Positions 58,908-64,000 of a stretch of DNA of 64,000 nucleotides are shown piece by piece. Below the pieces are notes generated by a model. That model had not been told where the DNA came from. It saw only the letters and a list, made by a program, of their open reading frames with translations, and did no database searches. Position 1 is the stretch's first letter; each line of letters starts with the position of its first letter. Position numbers and translations under genes: made by a program. Origin of the DNA: Escherichia phage MN05; sequence record NC_070987.1; one strand, 5' to 3'.

Positions 58908-58934
58908 TTTTTGTTACTCCTGAAAATTGGTTAT

Positions 58935-59426
58935 TTACTTACTGGCCTTGATGCAGTTGGCTAGGTTAATGTAAGCGGTATAAACAGCATTGCCCGCATT
59001 ATTGTAAACAGTAGTCGCAATCATCGACTCCTTAACCGGGCCATAACTCACTAGGTTGGTTACAGCTTTAACGTCTTTATAACGTTTTACAGTGCCATAC
59101 GTCACCATATCCGCATCGTTATCAGTACGCTTAAGCACCAGATCATTGTTAGGCTGATTATCTAGCGTTTTAGATTGAAAGAGAACGCCTTCACTAGTTA
59201 CGTTGCTAAATTTCACTTTTAACACGATAGAAGCACCGTCACTATCAGCACCGTTACAAATCATCCAACCTTTATTGATGGAACTAGCGAAGACACTAGC
59301 GGCATCAGTTGCAGAAATAGGGCCAGCGATAGCCTTATCAGAAAGAGATGTTACCAGCGCACTAACACCGATCGCGGCAATCAGTGCATAACTTGCCAGA
59401 TTAATCATCTGCATCGGTTTAGTCAT
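58935..59426 (-). CDS. Secreted / periplasmic protein (signal peptide)
   Basis: Track ORF trimmed to the Met preceding a hydrophobic signal sequence (..ALVTSLSDKAIAG). Confidence 0.45.
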   Translation of the reverse strand: MTKPMQMINLASYALIAAIGVSALVTSLSDKAIAGPISATDAASVFASSINKGWMICNGADSDGASIVLKVKFSNVTSEGVLFQSKTLDNQPNNDLVLKRTDNDADMVTYGTVKRYKDVKAVTNLVSYGPVKESMIATTVYNNAGNAVYTAYINLANCIKASK

Positions 59427-59479
59427 TTGTGAAGCCTCATTGATATGTATTAGAAAGGGATATAATAGGACACGCTTTT

Positions 59480-59671
59480 TCACATTGCAACCATCTTTCT
59501 AACTTTCTTTCTACTAAAAGTAGCGCCATTAAACTTACTAGGTTTGTTTCTTGGGCTTAACTCGCTATCAGTGAACGATTCGACTACTTCACAAACAATC
59601 AGAACAAGTAAAGGAAACACTACAGCCATTGCCATCATTACTAGAATAATCATTTCTATCACTCCAATCAC
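59480..59671 (-). CDS. Small membrane protein
   Basis: Hydrophobic N-terminal segment. Confidence 0.4.
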   Translation of the reverse strand: MIGVIEMIILVMMAMAVVFPLLVLIVCEVVESFTDSELSPRNKPSKFNGATFSRKKVRKMVAM

Positions 59672-59775
59672 TCAATTGATAGGCTTCAATTTACTACCAC
59701 TTAACAAGGAAGACAAGCGACCACGGGTAAACTATTTCTACTATATAGGACGGGGCATACAACCGCAGAACAGAC

Positions 59776-60171
59776 CACGGGGAAACATGCCAGATAGTGC
59801 GGTAATAATATACCACTTAAATAATTAGTTAACTATTAATGTAAACTCATAAAAGAAAAAGACCAACAGAACGCTGAAAAAGAAAAGAAGAAAAAGAATA
59901 TAATAACTGTTAATTACTATCTTCCACTTAATTAATACATACATCATTATTGCACTCATAATCATTACTATTGAAACTATTTACATTCAAACTATGGGGA
60001 GCTGCGACTGTTACATGACGGTATTATATCGCCTTAAACTATTCTTACAGTGGGGGAATTATACAGTGCTAGCCTTTCTCTCACTCTTTAAAGGGGAACT
60101 AAATAAACGGGTAGGTAATGAATAGGATGGTATACACGGGGAAAGAATAACGGGGAGTAGGCACGGGGAAA
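59776..60171 (+). repeat. Direct repeats CACGGGGAAA (three exact copies and related ACGGGGA variants) in the divergent intergenic region
   Basis: Exact copies at 59776, 60135 and 60162; variants at about 59722, 59749, 60149 and 60179. Confidence 0.5.
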
Positions 60172-60369
60172 GGTTGGAACACGGAAGAAGGTGTAAAGGC
60201 ATTGCCAATAACCATTTTTTATTTGAGGACTCCCCCTTTTTGAGAAACACGCGGCGAGCGGCTAGCCCCACTCGGTCAAATCAGAATTTTAAACAGATAT
60301 ATACATCTTTATTTTTTTTATAAATCTGTATTTTAAACTCTTATATATATAAGCTTAAGAGAGGACTTA

Positions 60370-60531
60370 ATGAATCTAATTAAAGTATTTAGACGGATGA
60401 AGTGTAAGCACAATTACTATCTTCTTCGTAAAGCTTACGGGGATGAAAGAATACATGGTCTCTACCTATCAACATGGAGATGTAGGGAATGTGGTAAGTT
60501 GAGATTCAGTACGTGGGTGGATAGGCCTTAA
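60370..60531 (+). CDS. Small zinc-ribbon protein (53 aa, below the track cutoff)
   Basis: SD AGAGAGGA; C.H...CxxC; first gene of the plus-strand block. Confidence 0.4.
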   Translation: MNLIKVFRRMKCKHNYYLLRKAYGDERIHGLYLSTWRCRECGKLRFSTWVDRP

Positions 60532-60798
60532 CATGACATGGCCTTTATGAAGCCCCCTTTAAACCCCTTCCCTTTATCAGCGATCACGGGTTGTTGGTAT
60601 GAGGGTGCCTTTACGGGTAGGTCTTATGATGTGCCCTTTATACTTTTATTCAGAGGATAAGAATATGAGGTTTTTAAAAGAACTACACTCCTTGATTTAT
60701 AAGGACATAGTGTACTCAGTATCCCGCAATGCATGGTTCTACCAAAAAGGTGGCAACGGTGAATGGGTAGATTGAATCTTATTCAGAGGAGATGAATT

Positions 60799-61053
60799 AT
60801 GAATTTAGTATTAGACTTTTTATCAGAGATAGTGCCTAGGTTCAGAACGGAGACATATGCTTTCGTGGTCAATAGTGACTCTGAAGAAGGGATGGAAGCT
60901 ACATGCTTAGGTCGACTTGTTGACTTAGATGATGAAACAGATTTTGATATTACAATTGATGTGAGTAGTTTAGGTTGGCTCTTCTTCAGAGCATTCCGCA
61001 CTTACAAAGTAGAAACATACAAAGATTATAGCAAGGGAGATGCAAATGAATAA
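60799..61053 (+). CDS. Hypothetical acidic protein
   Basis: Track ORF. Confidence 0.45.
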   Translation: MNLVLDFLSEIVPRFRTETYAFVVNSDSEEGMEATCLGRLVDLDDETDFDITIDVSSLGWLFFRAFRTYKVETYKDYSKGDANE

Positions 61054-61678
61054 TAAAATAATCGCAGTTAATATGGAAGGTGTTTATGGAGGTAGTTTCC
61101 CTTCTGGTTCTCCTTTCCACATCAAAGCAATGGACATGGTTGACTACAATTCACAGCTATGTCGCTCTGGTTGTAGCTTACAACATTTAGAAACTATGGG
61201 AAATATTTCAGGACTGGCTGTACAAGATTTATATAGTGGAAGTATTCTTAAACCAAATATTACGGAGAACAAAAACATGTTAGATTTGATTCATACTACT
61301 CGCCCTGATTCTAAAACTAAAACACAACCATCTACTCTGGAAGTAGTTGAATACGAATCTACTAAACATGATCACCTCCCTGACTATGCTCGTGCAATGA
61401 TTGAGATGATTGAAGAAGCTGAATATGAAATGCTCCATGATTACATTACCTCCAAAGATGAATGGCATCGTGATGTTCGAATCGAAGAAGATGGTACAGA
61501 AACAATTACGTGGATTCACAAGAGTGAGCTAGTAGACGACGCACTGCGAGACTACGAAAAATTTTTGGTCGACGGCTCTATTCTTTTAGAGGAAGAGAAG
61601 GGTGCAGAACTTCCGTGGGAAGGTGAGATAGTTACTCTTGGTAAGATGTTTAACCTGTCCGTTGGTGATTGTAAGTAA
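61040..61678 (+). CDS. Hypothetical protein
   Basis: Track ORF. Confidence 0.45.
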   Translation: MQMNNKIIAVNMEGVYGGSFPSGSPFHIKAMDMVDYNSQLCRSGCSLQHLETMGNISGLAVQDLYSGSILKPNITENKNMLDLIHTTRPDSKTKTQPSTLEVVEYESTKHDHLPDYARAMIEMIEEAEYEMLHDYITSKDEWHRDVRIEEDGTETITWIHKSELVDDALRDYEKFLVDGSILLEEEKGAELPWEGEIVTLGKMFNLSVGDCK

Positions 61679-61683
61679 TATTT

Positions 61684-61704
61684 GCCTCCCTTGGGAGGCT
61701 TTTT
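61684..61704 (+). terminator. Rho-independent terminator
   Basis: GCCTCC-CTTG-GGAGGC hairpin followed by TTTTT. Confidence 0.55.
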
Positions 61705-61734
61705 GTGTTGTTGATAATGTAGAAGGAGTATAAA

Positions 61735-62208
61735 ATGTTTGGAGAAAAAGGAGAACTCACGCCTGCACAGGTAGCTGAGATTACAGGAAGATTACCCGGA
61801 GTAACGGAAGAACTTGAAAGCCGTGGTATGAACCCAAGCAATGGGAAGTTTCAAAAGGGAAATAAATTCGGACGACCCAGAGGTAGTAGAGGTAAACTGA
61901 CACAATTAATGTTGGACCGTGTTGCTGCAAGTCATTTGTCTCCTGATGAAGTGTTAATTCAAATTTACGAAGATCCTAATATTCCACCTGATCTTAGATT
62001 CAAGGCTGCATCAAAAGTTGCAGATCTGGTATATCCTAAGGCGGCCTCTGTTGAAGTTAAGATTGAGGAAGAGAATGTAATCAACGAAGAATCATTGAAT
62101 GCACAAATCAAGGACTTCTTGACTGGAGCACTTGGTATCGACGTTATGCCTCCAGAAGAAGACAACTCTGAGGACGCTGAAAAGGGGGAGGAAGCGGACG
62201 AGAGTTAA
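61735..62208 (+). CDS. Putative terminase small subunit
   Basis: Position immediately upstream of the large terminase; N-terminal HTH-like segment; acidic C-terminus. Confidence 0.4.
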   Translation: MFGEKGELTPAQVAEITGRLPGVTEELESRGMNPSNGKFQKGNKFGRPRGSRGKLTQLMLDRVAASHLSPDEVLIQIYEDPNIPPDLRFKAASKVADLVYPKAASVEVKIEEENVINEESLNAQIKDFLTGALGIDVMPPEEDNSEDAEKGEEADES

Positions 62209-62369
62209 TTAAAGGAAACAGGGAGCTGTCGAAGATCATCTGATTAGCAATCTGAGGATTGTTATAGTTTTATTGCCACGATGTTCTTTTGCAGTGTACC
62301 CTTGTAGTGGAGAGGGGAGGTTCTTTGACGAAGGGACTTTCCCTTTTCTATTTTTAAACTGGAGGAAGT

Positions 62370-63911
62370 ATGTCATTAGATAAACAAATTTATGAAGCTC
62401 TAACTGGTAACAACCTTAGTGTAGATGAAAAGAAAGCACTATTGAATATGTTGAAAGAGCGTGACCAATGGAGGAAGTATAATAGGATTTTGTCTTTCAA
62501 GGCGTATGACTTCCAAAAGAAATTTTATGCAGCAGGATTGAAGCATCGCTTTAGATTCTTGTGTGCAGCGAACCGTGTTGGTAAATCTTACAGCGAGGCA
62601 TACGAGTTTGCTTGTCATGTCACAGGTCGCTACCCAACTTGGTGGACAGGATATAAATTTAAAAGACCTATCTTAGCATGGGCAGTTGGTATTACAGGGG
62701 ATTCCACAAGGAAAGTATTGCAAAAGGAATTGTTTGGTACACCTATCGGAAAGGATACAAATTTATTGGGGACAGGTGTCATTCCTCGTGATGCTATCGT
62801 CATTGACACGATAGAACGAGATGGTAATAAACTTCAAATCGTACAAATCAAACATCAAAATGAAAGAGGAGAATTTGACGGTTTAAGTACATTAGAATTC
62901 CGTTCAACCCAACAGGGTGAACACACATTGATGGGTGCAACAGTTGACTACATTTGGTTAGACGAAGAAGATCCATACGAGTCTATGGCTATATTCGCAC
63001 AGTGCGTCACACGTACACTCACAACTAAAGGTCTAGTTACAATTACAGCTACACCAGAGAACGGTTTAACTGAACTGGTGGATAAATTTATGAAAGGTGA
63101 AGGGGATGAGAACACAGGTTCTCTGTATTTCCAGAATGCTTCTTGGTGGGATGCTCATGCAGACCTAGGTGGGCACATCACTGACCAAGATATAAAAGAT
63201 ATGACTGAAGGTATTCCAGCGTGGCAGTTAGAGATGCGTTCGAAAGGTATGCCATTGTTAGGAAGTGGTTTGATATATGATGTATCGGATGACACAATTA
63301 AATGTGAACCATTCGAAATTCCTGATACGTGGAAACGTGTCTGTGCAATTGATATTGGTATTGATCACCCAACTGCTGCTGTTTGGACAGCTTACGATGC
63401 AAACACGGATACTATCTATGTTTACGACTCATATAAAGAAGGTGGCTTTACTCCAGTGTATCATGCTCCAGCTATTAATGGTCGTGGTCAGTGGATTCCT
63501 GTCATCCTACCGCATGATGCGGACAATACTGAGAAAGGTAGTGGTTCATCTGTTGCTCAATTCTATAAGAATGCAGGAGTTAACGTACAGAGTGAGACCT
63601 TCTACAACAAAATTGGAATGGATGGTAAAAAGAACTTCTTTGTAGAACCGGGAATCACAGATATCCGAGAAAGAATGATGAGTGGACGCTTTAAAGTCTT
63701 TAACACAGCCGCTAACGCTAAGCTATTCGAAGAGAAAGCTAGATATCACCGTAAGGTTGGTAAGATTATTAAAGAACATGATGACTTAATGGATGCAATG
63801 CGCTATTCAGCGTGCTCTGTTACACATCGTGGTCGCTCTAAGCATGATGTTAGCTACGGAAGCGCTTCTTTGTATGAGGCAAACGTAAGCAGATGGAATC
63901 AGAGCTACTAA
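62370..63911 (+). CDS. Terminase large subunit
   Basis: Walker A AANRVGKS, Walker B VDYIWLDEED, C-terminal RNase-H-like nuclease region; SD GGAGGAAG. Confidence 0.8.
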   Translation: MSLDKQIYEALTGNNLSVDEKKALLNMLKERDQWRKYNRILSFKAYDFQKKFYAAGLKHRFRFLCAANRVGKSYSEAYEFACHVTGRYPTWWTGYKFKRPILAWAVGITGDSTRKVLQKELFGTPIGKDTNLLGTGVIPRDAIVIDTIERDGNKLQIVQIKHQNERGEFDGLSTLEFRSTQQGEHTLMGATVDYIWLDEEDPYESMAIFAQCVTRTLTTKGLVTITATPENGLTELVDKFMKGEGDENTGSLYFQNASWWDAHADLGGHITDQDIKDMTEGIPAWQLEMRSKGMPLLGSGLIYDVSDDTIKCEPFEIPDTWKRVCAIDIGIDHPTAAVWTAYDANTDTIYVYDSYKEGGFTPVYHAPAINGRGQWIPVILPHDADNTEKGSGSSVAQFYKNAGVNVQSETFYNKIGMDGKKNFFVEPGITDIRERMMSGRFKVFNTAANAKLFEEKARYHRKVGKIIKEHDDLMDAMRYSACSVTHRGRSKHDVSYGSASLYEANVSRWNQSY

Positions 63912-63917
63912 AGTAAG

Positions 63918-63946
63918 GGGGAGGTTTGTCCTCCCTTCTTTTATTT
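63918..63946 (+). terminator. Rho-independent terminator (possibly attenuating)
   Basis: GGGAGG-TTTGT-CCTCCC hairpin followed by TTCTTTTATTT. Confidence 0.45.
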
Positions 63947-63972
63947 AAGCTATCAACCGAGGGAGAGAATAG

Positions 63973-64000
63973 ATGGCTAAGCAAAAATATAGTGAAGAGG
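63973..64000 (+). CDS. Start of the next virion gene (probably portal), truncated by the window end
   Basis: ATG with SD GAGGGAGAG directly after the terminase; only 9 codons visible. Confidence 0.3.

Overview
This window is a large part of a lytic, tailed dsDNA phage genome (podovirus-like; no integrase, transposase or CRISPR array seen). Plus-strand virion and packaging genes sit at both ends: a 5'-truncated tail fibre with Ig-like repeats, tail/internal virion proteins including an SLT lytic transglycosylase and a 1474-aa internal protein at 1-14 kb, and small proteins, small and large terminase and the first codons of a probable portal gene at 60.4-64 kb. Between them, about 41 kb of tightly packed minus-strand early/middle genes (14.4-55.4 kb) encode a T7-type primase-helicase, a family-A DNA polymerase whose proofreading exonuclease is a separate gene about 9 kb away, FEN-like exonuclease, SSB-like protein, HNH endonuclease, PhoH, ThyX, dCTP-deaminase-like protein, thioredoxin, Dps-like ferritin, a CCA-adding-type nucleotidyltransferase, a phage sigma factor, overlapped Rz/Rz1 spanins, a SleB-like cell-wall hydrolase and one tRNA-Arg(TCT). 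The main candidate for an undescribed system is a contiguous block at 35.5-42.9 kb combining a gamma-glutamyl(amine) cyclotransferase-like gene, a RimK-like ATP-grasp ligase, a class-II (Ntn) glutamine amidotransferase-domain gene with no canonical start codon, and one or two GCS2/glutamine-synthetase-like amidoligase candidates. Other notable features are several families of tandemly duplicated small proteins, a 2.2-kb region without any ORF of 60 aa or more that carries a sigma70-like promoter and a repeated 10-mer, direct repeats in the divergent region at 59.7-60.2 kb, and repeated intergenic elements. All calls rest on motif recognition by eye; no database search was run. Custom coordinates were anchored to track ORF boundaries where possible; short motif coordinates may be off by 1-2 nt.
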